A DNA stretch of 64,000 nucleotides from Macrostomum lignano (lineage: Eukaryota). Below are positions 33,535-46,401 of this stretch, one piece after another; within the stretch, counting starts at the first letter, position 1, and each line of letters starts with the position of its first letter. The position numbers were made by a program, and so were the translations under genes. The DNA lies in contig NIVC01001426.1 of the NCBI GenBank assembly GCA_002269645.1, positions 186,001 through 250,000 on the forward strand, given 5' to 3'. Under the pieces are notes generated by a model. That model saw only the letters and a list, made by a program, of their open reading frames with translations, was not told the DNA's origin and searched no databases.

Positions 33535-35862
33535 CTAAAAAACGAAATACGCTCGTATTAATCAACTCTTCTGTCAAATGTCTTGAAGTTTAGGGAAAGC
33601 TTATAGGGTTTAAATTTTACTACCAATGACAATTGACTGTCAGTGACATTTGACTGTCAGTGACATTTGACTGTCAGTGACATTTGACTGTCAGTGACAT
33701 TTGACTGTCAGTGACATTTGACTGTCAGTGACAATTGACTGCCAGTGACATTTGACTGCCAGTGATAACTGACTGTCAGTGACAATTGACTGTCAGTGAC
33801 AATTGACTGTCAGTGACAATTGACTGTCAGTAACAATTGACTGCCAGTGACATTTGACTGTCAGTAACAATTGACTGCCAGTGACAGTTGTCACTAGCAA
33901 ACAAATAGTCCATATATGACGTCATCTCCAATTTTTACGCGATTTTTACACAAAACTTGAGTTACTAACTTACATCGTCATTAGCGTTTGAGCTCATTGT
34001 CGAACTATATAAACGGTGAACTTCGTAAAATTGTTACTTATTTTTTCAGCAACTTTCTCTTGCAGTGCTGGCCAACAGATACTTTTTATTTTAAACAGAA
34101 AATGATGTAAAGCCGTCTATCCGTGTATCATTTACGGATTCACTGTGTGCCATGCAGACAGCAATGGCGTACATTGCAAATTGCAACTTTCGCAACCGTA
34201 ACATCCGTTGAACCAGCATTATTTCCCGCATCACTTTGCTTGCCCGCTTCTAAAAGGTTTATTGGTGTTTCAAGCAAAAGTGTGGCAAAACTGCGATACA
34301 GTGCATGTAATTTTTTGTTTGCTTTTCTCAGGTTCAATTTTATAGACAGGTTAGCCTCACCTGCCGAAATTTGCATTAATGTCTTCTACAAGGGCCAAGT
34401 ATAGATAGTATTATAAACAACAGAAGCGGTAGTCTAAGCCTCTGTACCCACATTAATCTAGCATTCCATCTTGTGTACTGTGGACGCATCCGGCTAGCGA
34501 TTAAACATCCGGCTATAGCAATTAAACACCCAGCTATAGCAATTAAACACCCAGCTATAGCAATTAAACACCCAGCCATAGCGATTAAACACTCAGCTAT
34601 AGTAGTAGGGGAAATGTGGAGTCAATACAATTTTCTCAATATTTCTCAAATCAATTCTCGGCGCTAAGGCCCAAGCTCTATTCTTTCCTCGCTGAAAGCT
34701 CGGCGGCATGCAAAGCAAAAGCAAAAGGCATCCAACGAAGCGTGCTGAAGAATGAAGTCTCCCACGACGACTATGTCAAGATTTTCAAGGGGGCTTCAAA
34801 GCTGTCGCTCACTGTTCGTCGAATTGGAAGTGAGAGACATCGCGTTTTCACCATTGAGCAACGTAAGCTCGCTCTCAGTATCTGGGAGGACAAGCGAGTG
34901 TGGACTGGCCCGAACTCAAGTCTTCCGTTCGGCCACTTTCAGCTGTCAATCAGGGATGGTCCGAAAAGGACAGCGGACGGCTTAGAGTGATGCTTTGCAC
35001 ATCTGTGTAACTTTTGCACATGAAATTTATTGACTTCTTACTTTATGTACTCCATGAATTGTTTCAGTGGTTTAATTAATCTGAATGATGATGATGATGA
35101 TGATGATGGATGATGAAGGATGATGATAATGACAATGCTGGAACGAATAGAGCCAATTCAGTTAGTTACATATTTGTAGTCTCTAAGCAACTAACTGAAC
35201 GTAGCATTTTCGAGTTGAGTTGCTTCAGATTTATTTCAATACGAACTTGTGAAAGCCATGTTGGAATAATTTGCGTCATATTGGTTTGGCTTTCCCCTTT
35301 TTTATTATCCTTGAATTTTTGAGCAATTGAATGAATTGAGTTACTGTCCTTTTTTATCTTTGCTAGCTTTGCTACTCATATTTTTGTAACCATTATCCAA
35401 AGATTATCAGATAAATATTTGCTTCCATTTTCATTTCTGCTTGTTCTTTTTCGTTTTTATTTGTCTTAGCAGTGCATAATCTGAGCGATAGGTGTGCTTT
35501 TTTTCTTGAGTTGGTGGTGGTCGGATTCAATTTTCTATACTCAAACTAATATTGCGATTTCAGTTATGAAAATAAAGAAAAAGTCGATCGAAGTTCAGGT
35601 ATATTGATTAAAATGCACGCATCTTAATACGTGGCATATGCATGCAAAATTATTAAATTTTTGTTCATCTGTCGTCTTTTTATTTAATTATAGAAAAATA
35701 TGGCTATTATTATTAGCACAGAAAACGGACAAGCAAGGAAAAGTCGGAAATTAGCATGCTCATTGTTTTTGCGCCACTGAGAACGAATGAGCCATTGTGA
35801 AAAAGCAGGCATTTGCAGAAGCTTATAGTTTGCAGATCAAAGCAGAAAATGATTCTGGCTCA
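32640..35862. repeat. Mosaic segmental duplication
   Basis: 32640-~34660 matches 19190-~21165 plus the post-satellite junction; 34663-35862 matches 27514-28680. Confidence 0.92.
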
Positions 35863-35966
35863 GGGTTAGGGTTAGGGTTAGGTTTAGGGTTAGGGTTAGG
35901 GTTAGGGTTAGGGTTAGGTTTAGGGTTAGGGTTAGGGTTAGGTTTAGGGTTAGGGCTAGGGTTAGG
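35863..35966 (+). repeat. Interstitial telomere-type (TTAGGG)n tract, ~17 units with TTTAGG/CTAGGG variants
   Basis: Directly visible; starts exactly where the duplicated TBP fragment breaks off. Confidence 0.95.
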
Positions 35967-36073
35967 CTTACAATGCTTACAATGTACAATGCAAAGAGAC
36001 GCTTACATGTAGTTTATTAAAAAAACTTGTACTGCATTTTTTTGGCTCCCCAACGGGGGGCGCTGATTGCTAG
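35967..36073 (+). mobile_element. Helitron 3' terminus
   Basis: CCCC-AAC-GGGGGG hairpin (36048-36060), then CTAG|T at 36070-36074; about 80 bp alignable with the reverse complement of 51739-51815. Confidence 0.75.
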
Positions 36074-37771
36074 TAATGCCACTAAAGTTCTTTCTTGTGC
36101 CGCTGCCCATTTAATTTTTCTTTTTAGAGACGCAGAGGAAACACCGCTGAGGGGGAACGCTGGAGGGGAATGTCCAGTAGCCGTTTCAAATAAATAGTCG
36201 GCAAAAAATCTGGCTTGGCAGCAGCTTCTTCAAAGATTAACGCACATTATCGTTAAAAACAGCATAACATATAAACATCTTAATTAGTATTGTGCTCGGG
36301 TACATTAGTACTGATGAGTAATCTCTAGTTTTCGACAAGTGTGCCCGACATATCGCCCACATACCGCATCGGCCCACGTGTTTGCACCAACCCCCCCCCC
36401 AGGGGGGTTTGCATCAACCCCCCAGCCTAGCTGCCTGCCCCCTCCCAATTCTTTCTACCCCGGCCCGCTCCGTACCCAACTCTGATTGGCTGCCCTTCTG
36501 TGTGCAACCCAATTTTTTTCCCATAAGCCCCGCGCCTTGTCATGTTTTCACGTTTCCTAGCCAATTATAAGTTTCCCGGCTGCTCTATTGCCGAATCCCT
36601 GACCCTAAAAGACTAAGTAGTAATTGTATACATGTATTTATATAAAAATAATGATGTGATAAGCGAGAGAGAGGGCGCCTATTGGCTTCACCCATATTAC
36701 CTTTAGAACAGTCTGATAAAAAAACTTTAGATCCGAAAGTATACATTCAATAATAGCCAACGACGCTAAAGTCACCCACATATGACACGCAAGGCCGAGT
36801 AAAAGTGAGTTTCCGTTTTGCACTAGTTCCTTTTGGAACCGTAAAACGAGTCTGTACGGTAACAGGGACTCATATGACGCGGACTGAACGAGTTAGGCTA
36901 CGCGATTCACCCGCTCAGGTTCCAACGTCAGTCTGACGCAAACATACGTTCGTCCGCTATGCTCGAGAGCGTAGTAGCTAGTGAAGATCACTTTGTCGTA
37001 ACAATAGGTATATGCACATGTGTAACGGCTTAATTTTGTGTCGCAATTAAAAAGCATCCGACTTCACGTCAAAATTCCACAGATCTAAGTTTCACATCTA
37101 CAAAGGTTAAGCATCCTTGACACTACGACAAAGCGGCAACAATTAAAATTATCAACGTACAACGTACATATATACAAGGTTTCACATCGCGAAATAGCTA
37201 GCGAGACTTCAGGGTGATTACAAGCAGGCTGCGTGACCCAGCACCGGAGACAACAGAAACATTCCCAGATCGGGCACCAACCACGCTTAACAAAGAGGTC
37301 AAATCGGATTGATTGAGGCGTCCGCACCTCCCCCCCCTCCCTAACAACACCCAAAGTGATTTTGTCTGTAATCGTATAAAATTAGACCATGAAACGAGAC
37401 AATACGCTCGTAACTTGTTCTTGTTGGTAATTGTAATTCCAAGTAAATAGCATTAATGCATGGCAAACAACGCCAAAAATTGTCACGATATTAATTAATG
37501 TGGGAGAAAACAGTGATGAACTTGCTTGGCACTGGGTAAATTTGCACACACACAGCCTTTTGTTTGGTTAAAAAGAATCAAATGCTAGGCAGTTCACACG
37601 TTTTCTAATCAGATAAAAACGATTCAGCTGTTGACTTTGGAAAGTCTGGAAAACTGGTGTACCAAATGCGGCTGAATCTCTATTAATATGTCGAGCGGGT
37701 CTGAATCTCCCAGACTCACGGCACATTAAAAAAAGCGATAAAGCAGCGCAGAATTGCGATCTTGCTGAGTA

Positions 37772-39798
37772 ATGGAAAAAGAAACCGATCAATTGGATGC
37801 CAAGGAGTTCCTGACGGACACTGACGACTGGCTCGCGTTCGTCCGCTGCATCGCCGACGACAACGCTGACGACCTCAAAGAGTTCCGCGACTCTCTCGGA
37901 CCCTCGGACTGGGCCGCATTTCTCGCCAGCTCCGACCACCGAGGAGCTCGAGCTCGAAACCAAGCCGACTGGATCGGGTCTGGCGATCCAGAGCAGGACG
38001 ACAGCGACATTCCGTTCCCCACCAACCCGTTCTTCGTCGCCATGTTCTACAACGCTCAGTGGTGTCTGCGCCTCATGCACGAGACCTCGGACAGCGGAAA
38101 GGACACGGTGGACTTTGCTAAGATCAGAGAGCGAGGCTTCACGGCCTACCACATGCTGCTGAGCGCCGTCAGCTTCATGTCCGGGACGGAGCAGCGCACG
38201 GAGCAGCCGACGGACTGCGGTAGTACCGGCCGAGATCTCGTCGAGCTCTTTCATCGCCGCCTGTTCACCAGACAACAGCAGGCCGAGATGCTGCAGGTCA
38301 GCAGCCGAGGGATGACGCCAATGAGCTGGGGCGTGTTTCTCGGACTGGCCGGTCATGTCGAGTACATCATGCTGCACCACCTGGCCAGCAGCGAGGTGCA
38401 CTCGGACTCGGTAGGCATTCGAGAGCGAGTGAGCGTCGATGTGACCGACTGGTTCGGCGAGAACCCGGCATTCTTCACCAGCCCGATCTGCGTGCTGCTC
38501 GACGTGTACAGCCAGGCCACCCTGGCGGAGCTGAAGGCGGCGGGCGTGTTCCGCAACGGCTTCCTGTGGAGGCGCTGGGTCGAGGCGCTGTACGACCGCA
38601 ACCGGTGGATCATAATAGTTATTGCTTGTCTTATTTTCTTGCAACTGCTGTCCGTCACCATCTTTTCAGGTCCGGGTATGAAGGCCCTATTTTTTAAATA
38701 CTGTTTTAGCGCGTCATCGCAAGGGGTGGAGAATCCTGCATCCTTTCTTCTCGTACTTTCTACATGCCTGTCAAGCTCTTTGCTCTTTCTGCTCTTCGCA
38801 GCAGCAGGTCTGCTAAGAAAGGAAATGTTTAGGTCAGTAACCAAAGTTAGACTATATTGTGCATACATGACTGTTTATTCTTTGTAATGGAAAATCAATA
38901 ATTTAAAAACAGAAGGAAGGTCGGCTACCCAAGGCGGCCCCGAAGGAGCTACAGAGATCTGCTGTCGTGGCTGCTGCCATGCTCCGTGTCGCTGCCCACT
39001 GCTGCGCTGCTCCTTTGGCTGCACGTCGACATTCGAAGTAGCTGCGCTCTGTTCAATCAGGCGGTCTACACTGTGCAAGGTTCTGGCATAAGACTTCTTC
39101 TTCTAATGAGTCTAAGCCTGCTTTTCTGGTTCATGCGCCTTCTGCCGTCAATATCCGCCGTAATGAGCAGTTTTCATCGTAGTTTAACAACTTTTCTCAT
39201 GTTTTTCACGTTCTACCTCTGTATTACGGCAATATTTGCGCGCATGTTCCACGGAAGCGAACCCATGTCTCTCGTGTCTACATGTAATTCAACTACAAAT
39301 GCTAACGCACTAAGTGGCTACATAAAGGCATTCTACACGACCTTCCTGGTGTCCCTCAACATTATCGACACCAGCCTCTACCTGCCCGAGATCGACCGAA
39401 TCGACCTCCTCATCACCCACGTGACCTACGTCCTGTTCGTGCCCATCCTATTCATCAACTTCGTGGTCGGAGTTCTGTCCTCGGCCGTGAACCACGTCAT
39501 CGAGCACGAGGTAGAGAACAGGTACTTGATCATGCTGACTGTGGCCGAGATTATCGAGCGAGATTACAGCTGCATCAGGAGTTTGTTGAGCAGGATGCTG
39601 GGCAGGTGGTTGGGTAAGCAGAAGCGAATCCTGATTGGCGGCTACCTGCCGATCACAGGCGGCAGTCGGCTGTTCAGCGGCCGCGCTTCGTCGGACCGGC
39701 AGCAGAGCAGCTTTAATTCTCAGACTGAGGCGACGCAGGTGATCAGCAAATCTGGTTGGCCTCGCCGGCACTTCATCAACTTTCCGGATGTGGAATGA
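37772..39798 (+). CDS. TRPV-family (TRPV5/6-like) cation channel; exons 37772-38832 and 38913-39798 (648 aa)
   Basis: Ankyrin-like GFTAYH and GMTPMS segments, six hydrophobic helices, pore FYTTFLVSLNIID, S6 ILFINFVVGVLS. An 80-nt AG|GTCAGT...CAG intron joins the two ORFs in frame (intron inferred). Confidence 0.78.
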
Positions 39799-40249
39799 TG
39801 ATTTTAATTGAATTTGATTCAGAATTTTAGCTTTCTGATACATTTCGTATGATTTCGAAGTTGAATATATTCTACTTTTTGCAGATAATTTTCTTTCATT
39901 AATGGATTTTTGACTAGAAGCCGTGGCACTTCTGATCAATTGTGCGCAAAATGCGTCGAGTTCGATTTCGTTGCGCTGTTTCTGTGACCAAAAATGATAG
40001 CATTTTCATTCTTGTCATTCTGACCTTGTGATCATAAAAGAAATATCTTTCTTTTGAATTTCAAATTTTGTATTTTTTGAAAGTCTCGAAAGTTTTTAGA
40101 TTTTACTAGCAATCTTCGCCCCCCGTTGGGGGACATCTGTATAGAACCTCTGTTCTCTACAAGTAACAAAAAGATAGCCAAAAAAAGCCTTCGCAAAGAA
40201 AACAGACAAAATACTCAAAGGAAGTGCAATGCAAAAAGAAATCATTCCA

Positions 40250-41225
40250 AGACAGCAAGCATCCCCCAGATAGCAAGCATCCTCCAGATTGCAAGCAACC
40301 CCCGGATAGCAAGCATCCCCCAGATAGCAAGCATCCCCCAGATAGCAAGCATCCCCCAGATAGCAAGCATCCCCCAGATAGCAAGCATCCCCCAGATAGC
40401 AAGCATCCCCCAGATAGCAAGCATCCTCCAGATTGCAAGCAAGCAAGCAAGCATCCCCCAGATAGCAAGCATCCCTCAGATAGCAAGCATCCCTCAGATA
40501 GCAAGCATCCCCCAGATAGCAAGCATCCCCCAGATAGCAAGCATCCCCAAGATAGCAAGCATCCCCCAGATAGCAAGCATCCTCCAGATTGCAAGCAACC
40601 CCCGGATAGCAAGCATCCCCCAGATAGCAAGCATCCCCCAGATAGCAAGCATCCCCTAGATAGCAACCATCCCCCAGATAGCAAGCATCCCCCAGATAGC
40701 AAGCATCCCCCAGATAGCAAGCATCCCCAGATAGCAAGCATCCCCAGATAGCAAGCATCCCCCAGATAGCAAGCATCCCCAAGATAGCAAGCATCCCCCA
40801 GATAGCAAGCATCCTCCAGATTGCAAGCAACCCCCGGATAGCAAGCATCCCCCAGATAGCAAGCATCCCCCAGATAGCAAGCATCCCCTAGATAGCAACC
40901 ATCCCCCAGATAGCAAGCATCCCCAGATAGCAAGCATCCCTCAGATAGCAAGCATCCCCAGATAGCAAGCATCCCCCAGATAACAAGCATCCCCCAGATA
41001 GCAAGCATCCCCCAGATAGCAAGCATCCCCCAGATAGCAAGTATCCCCAAGATAGCAAGCATCCCCCAGATAGCAAGCATCCCCCAGATAGCAAGCATCC
41101 CTCAGATAGCAAGCATCCCCCAGATAGCAAGCATCCCCCAGATAGCAAGCATCCCCCAGATAGCAAGCATCCCCCAGATAGCAAGCATCCCCTACATAGA
41201 TAGCATCCCCAAATAGCAAGCATCC
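40250..41225. repeat. 18-bp satellite CCCCCAGATAGCAAGCAT
   Basis: About 54 units; same monomer as 12000-12520. Confidence 0.97.
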
Positions 41226-41299
41226 ACCAGACAATAAGTAGCTAGTGCGACAATTTCCTTAGCATTATAGTGGCTCCTTTAAAATTCGCTTACTTTTAC

Positions 41300-43790
41300 G
41301 TTTGAAATTGTGTAAATTTTATGTTTGACATGGTGGCTCTTTTATGTTCTACATGGCAACTCTTTTATGTTTGAAACGATGGCTTTTTAATGTCTGACAT
41401 GGTGGCTCTTTTATGTTTGACACAGTGGCCCTTTAATGTTCGACAAAGTGGCTATTTAATGTTTGACAAGGTGGCTTTTAAATGTTTGACATGGTGGCTC
41501 CTTAATGTTCGAAATGGTGGCTCTTTAATGTATGACATAAAGACACATATATAATTGACATGGTGGCTCTTAAATGTTTGACATGGTGGCTCTTTATTGT
41601 TTGACATAGTGGCTCTTTAATGATCGACAAAGTGGCTCTTTAATGTTCTTCATGGTATAGCTCTTTTATGTTCGACATGGTGGCTCTTAAATGTTTGACA
41701 TGGTGGCTCTTTAATATTCTACATTGTGGCTCTTAAGTGTTCGAAATGGTGGATCTTTTAGGTTTGACATGATGGCTGTTTAATGTTTGACATGGTAGCT
41801 CTTTTATGTTGACATGGTAGCTCTTTTAGGTTTGACATGGTGGCTGTTTAATGTTTGACATGGTAGCTCTTTTATGTTGACATGGTAGCTCTTTTAGGTT
41901 TGACATGGTGGCTGTTTAATGTTCAACATAGTGGCTCTTTAATATTCTACATGGTGGCTCTTTTATGTTTAACATGGTGGCTCTTTTGTTTTACATGGTG
42001 GCTCTTTAATGTTTGACATAAAGTCACTTATATGTTCGAAATGGTGGCTCTTTAATATTTTACATTGTGGCTCTTAAGTGTTCGACATGGTGGGTCTTTT
42101 AGGTATGACATGGTGGCTCTTTTATATTCTACATTTTGGCTCTTAAATTTTCGACATGGTGGCTCTTTTTGGTTTGACATGGTGGCTCTTTTATGCTTGA
42201 TATGGTGGCTCTCTAATGTTTAACATGGTGACTTTTAATGTTAGACATGGTGGCTCTTTAATGTTCGACATGGTTGCTCTTTGATATTCGACAGGGTGGC
42301 TCTTAAATGTTTGATATGGTGGCTCTTTATGTTTGACATGTTGGCTCTTTTGTGTTTGACATGGTGGCTCTTTCATGTTTGACATGGTGGCTCTTTTTTG
42401 TTGAAATGGTGGCTCTTTTTTGTTCTACATGGTAACTCTTTTAAATCTGATACGGTGGCTTTTTTAATGTCTGACATGTTGGCTCTTTTATGTTTGACAT
42501 AGTAGCTCTTTAATGTTCAAAATGGTGGCTCTTTTATGTTTGACATGGTGGCTCTTTAATGATTGACATGGTGGCTCTTTTATGTTCGAAATGGTGGCTC
42601 TTTAATGTTCGAAATGGTGGCTTTTTAATGTTCAAAATAGTGGCTCTTTTATGTTCGACATGGTGGCTCTTTAATGTTCGAAATGGTGGCTCTTTAATGT
42701 TCGAAATGGTGGCTCTTTAATGTTTGACACAAAGTCACATTTATGTTTGACATGGTGGCTCCTAAATGTTTGACATGTTGGCTCTTTTATGTTTGACATG
42801 TTGGCTCTTTTATGTTTGACATAGTGGCTCTTTGATGTTCGAAATAGTGGATCTTTTATGGTCGACATGGTGGCTCTTTAATGTTCGAAATGGTGGCTCT
42901 TTAATGTTCGAAAAAGTGGCTCTTTTATGTTCGACATGGTGGCTCTTTAATGTTTGAAATGGTGGCTGTTTAATGTTCGAAATGGTGGCTCTTTTATGTT
43001 TGACATAAAGTCACTTATATGTTTTACATGGTGCCTCTTAAATATTAGACATGGTGGCTCGTTTAGGTTTGACATGGTGGCTCTTTTATGTTTGACATGT
43101 TGGCTCTTTAATGTTCGACATGGTGGCTCTTCTATGTTCGAAATGGTGGCTTTTTAATGTTCAAAATAGTGGCTCTTTTATGTTCGACATGGTGGCTCTT
43201 TAATGTTCGAAATGGTGGCTCTTTAATGTACGACATAATGGCTCTTTAATGTTTGACAATGTGGCTTTTGAATGTTTGACATGGTGGCTCTTTAATGTTT
43301 GACATGGTAGCTCTGTTATGTTCGACATGGTGGCTCTTTAATGTTCGAAATAGTGGCTCTTTAATGTTCGAAATGGTGGCTCTTTAATGTTTGACACAAA
43401 GTCACATTTATGTTTGACATGGTGGCTCCTAAATGTTTGACATGGTGGCTCTTTATGTTTGACATGTTGGCTCTTTTATGTTTGACATGTTGGCTCTTTT
43501 ATGTTTGACATAGTGGCTCTTTGATGTTCGAAATAGTGGCTCTTTTATGGTCGACATGGTGGCTCTTTAATGTTCGACATGGTGGCTTTTTAATGTTCGA
43601 AATGGTGGCTGTTTAATGTTCGAAATGGTGGCTCTTTTATGTTGATATAAAGTCACTTATATGTTTTACATGGTGCCTCTTAAATATTAGACATGGTGGC
43701 TCGTTTAGGTTTGACATGGTGGCTCTTTTATGTTTGACATGTTGGCTCTTTAATGTTCGACATGGTGGCTCTTCTATGTTTGACATTGCG
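41300..43790. repeat. ~23-bp diverged satellite TGTTTGACATGGTGGCTCTTTAA
   Basis: About 2.5 kb of head-to-tail units. Confidence 0.95.
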
Positions 43791-44549
43791 CTTCTTTTAT
43801 GTTTAGCAGTTTCGTGTTTTTAAGGTGTTTTAATAAAAAAAATCTTTTTTGCACTACTAAGATTCGAACCCAGGTCGCTACATTAGCATTCCAGTCTGTT
43901 CGCATCAGGGCTATCTTTTTTCAATTGGAGAACATGAATTGTGGCCCTTATAATTCAATTCTTACAGCAAGTCAATTGGAGTAAAAAGTTATGACATAAT
44001 CAATTTCTCAGTCAGCCAGTATCAGTCTCAGTTCAAGTTAGCAATATTGGTTACGCAATTTTAATCAAGTCGTGTGTGCATTTCTTCGACACTGTTTTCA
44101 ACTTGTTGTGATGCAATCTTTATCAGAATTGAAATTCAGTCAGTCATTTTTTCTCTAGCATTCTTACAATGCATTTCAGGTCGAAAGAGCTGCTTGACCT
44201 TTGCAAAAAAGCATGTTTTTCGAATATTTAATCCCTTTAACATTGAGCAATTTCTTAGCCAAGATGCATGTACCGTCCCAGGAAAATTTCTGATCGAATG
44301 GTGCAAGTTTGAAGAAAATCGGTTGAGCCAATTTTTCTGAAATCTATCGCATACCTACCCACATACATACATACAGACAACTCATTTTTAGTATATAGAG
44401 TGGAACTCCTCCTCTGGAGGAGATAGAGGAAGAAATCCCATCACCGGAATTCCATTCCCTGAAATATCCATCAACTGAAATTCCATGCCTTGAACCCTAT
44501 ATTCCAAATCGTCTCCAAATTCTTTACAAAACGTTTCAAAGACCATAGC

Positions 44550-45270
44550 TCAAAGACTCTCACGTCTCTCATATCTCCTCTCTCCTCTCTTCGCTATTAT
44601 CGTGACTCTCTTCTCTCTCCTCTCTATCATCTCATCACTACCCCTACTCCCTCATTTATCTCTTCTCCCTTGTCTTTCGTCTGTACCTTCTCCTGTCTCT
44701 TGTCTCCTCTCTTCTCGCATCCCTCCTCTTCTTTTCTGTCTCCTGTCTCCTCTCTTCTCTCTTATCTCTCCCTCTTCTCTCCTCTCTCATATGTCATCTC
44801 TACTCACTTATCTATTGTCTCTCTTAACCCTCTCTCTCTCTTCTCTTTTCTCTCCTCTCTGCTCTCATTTCTCATATCTCATTTACGCTCTCAAGCTCTA
44901 CTTTCTTGTCTCTCATCTTTCTTTCCTCCTTTCCACTATCCCCTGTCTCTTCTCTTCTCTCTTTTCTATTCTCTCCATTCTCTCTTTTCTCCTCTCCTTG
45001 CTCCTTTCATGTTCTCCCCTCTCTTCTCTAATCTCTGATCTCTTCTCTCTTATGTTCTCACTCATCTCTTCTCATCGCATCTCTCATCTCTCCTCTCCAC
45101 ACTACTTTCCTCTCTACACTCTCTTATCTCTGATCTTTCATCTCTCTCCTCTCTCCTCACTCTCTTCTCCTTTTGCTTCTCTCTCCCTCTTCATTCTCGC
45201 CTTACTCTCCTATTCTCTCCGTATGTCATCTCTAATCTCTCCTCTCTCATATCTACTCTCTTTTCTCTCC
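44550..45270. repeat. CT-rich low-complexity tract
   Basis: Polypyrimidine on +; bracketed by ~60-bp similar sequences (CCCATCACCRGAATTC...GAA(A)TTCCATG) at ~44437 and ~45283. Confidence 0.85.
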
Positions 45271-46401
45271 CATTGGAAGAACTCCCATCACCAGAATTCA
45301 ATTCCCTGAACTTCATTAGCTGAATTCCATGACCCGAGTTCCATCATCCAAGTCCTCTCCGAGGACAAAAAGTCCTCTCCGTGAAACTGGACTCAATCGA
45401 AATTTACTTCGTCAGACAGAACTCAACTCTCAGGATTCAGTGGCTAGGGTTAGGGTTAGGGTTAGAGCTACACACAGCTGCGTGTTGAAAGGCAGCGATA
45501 ATAAAAAATTGAACTAATTGAAGCAACAGATTGCGCAATCGATTTCTCAATAAGTCAGTATTAGTCTGAGTTCAAGTTAACAAAATGATTGCGCAATTTA
45601 AATCAACCATCCAATACACAGCGACCGCCCCCCTTCCAATACGCAGTGGCAAGTAGACGTTGAACCCCCCAACTTTATCTCTGACCTGTCGCAAAAATAA
45701 GTACAATCTTTGCAAAAGTATGGAAATCGTTTTTTGAATGCTGTATTTTTAGTTATTATCATATTTAAAGCAAATAACTTATATCCCCGAACTCAGCGCT
45801 GCAAGCTCTTTCCAGCAATAAAAGTCTCGTCTCTCAAAGTTCAAAAATCGAGCAACAGTTAGCGTTTGAAACTGTCTGATTTAAAGCATTGAAATATCGA
45901 GTGTACGTTCACTGCCTGCAGCAGAGGGAGGCTCGCAAGTTTATTCATTGAATTTCACTGTCCAAAACTACACAGGGCAGCCTATTGAAAATCAGAACAC
46001 ATATCGTTGCGCAATTGTCTATCTATACAATCAGCCAGTGAGCTAGGGTCCGATTGTACACACGCAGCCACTGAGAATGCGACCATCCCCCACTGGAGAG
46101 AAAATACACTGTAGAGATAGGAGACAGTTGTGGCGCAATCACTCAAAATTCATGTAAATTTTCAGCTCCAAGCAGAGAGAGGGGACAATTAAGATTATCA
46201 AAGGTCAAGACCACCGTTTTCTGCTTTTTTAGGGATCTTAAAATGTAAAAATGCAATATTAAAATAGCCTAAAGCCATCCTCGGAAAATTTGCAGTTTTC
46301 CAATATAAGTTTCAACGCTGAGTTGCAAGTATTCTAGGAGAAGTTATGCAACAGACAAACAAACACACAAACAACACGTCAACTTTAGTATATATAGAGG
46401 A

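Larger units (their letters stand above)
40106..44399 (-). mobile_element. Non-autonomous Helitron containing two satellites
   Basis: A|CTAG plus CCCCCC-GTT-GGGGG hairpin at 40106-40132 (3' end on minus); TCTATATACTAA 5' end at 44399 next to an (ACAT)n/ACAG tract. Joining the two ends into one element is an inference. Confidence 0.6.

Noticed and set aside
35863-35966. True chromosome end
   Set aside because: Only ~100 bp, and followed by a Helitron end and ordinary genic sequence.
37568-38644. 358-aa antisense ORF
   Set aside because: Shadow of the GC-rich TRPV coding strand; no motifs.
40096-41234. Repetitive ORFs (GDACYL, DSKHPP, IASIPQ), also at 11964-12714
   Set aside because: Artefacts of the 18-bp satellite being a multiple of three.
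44490-45309. Leu/Ser-rich ORFs
   Set aside because: Translation of a CT-rich low-complexity tract.
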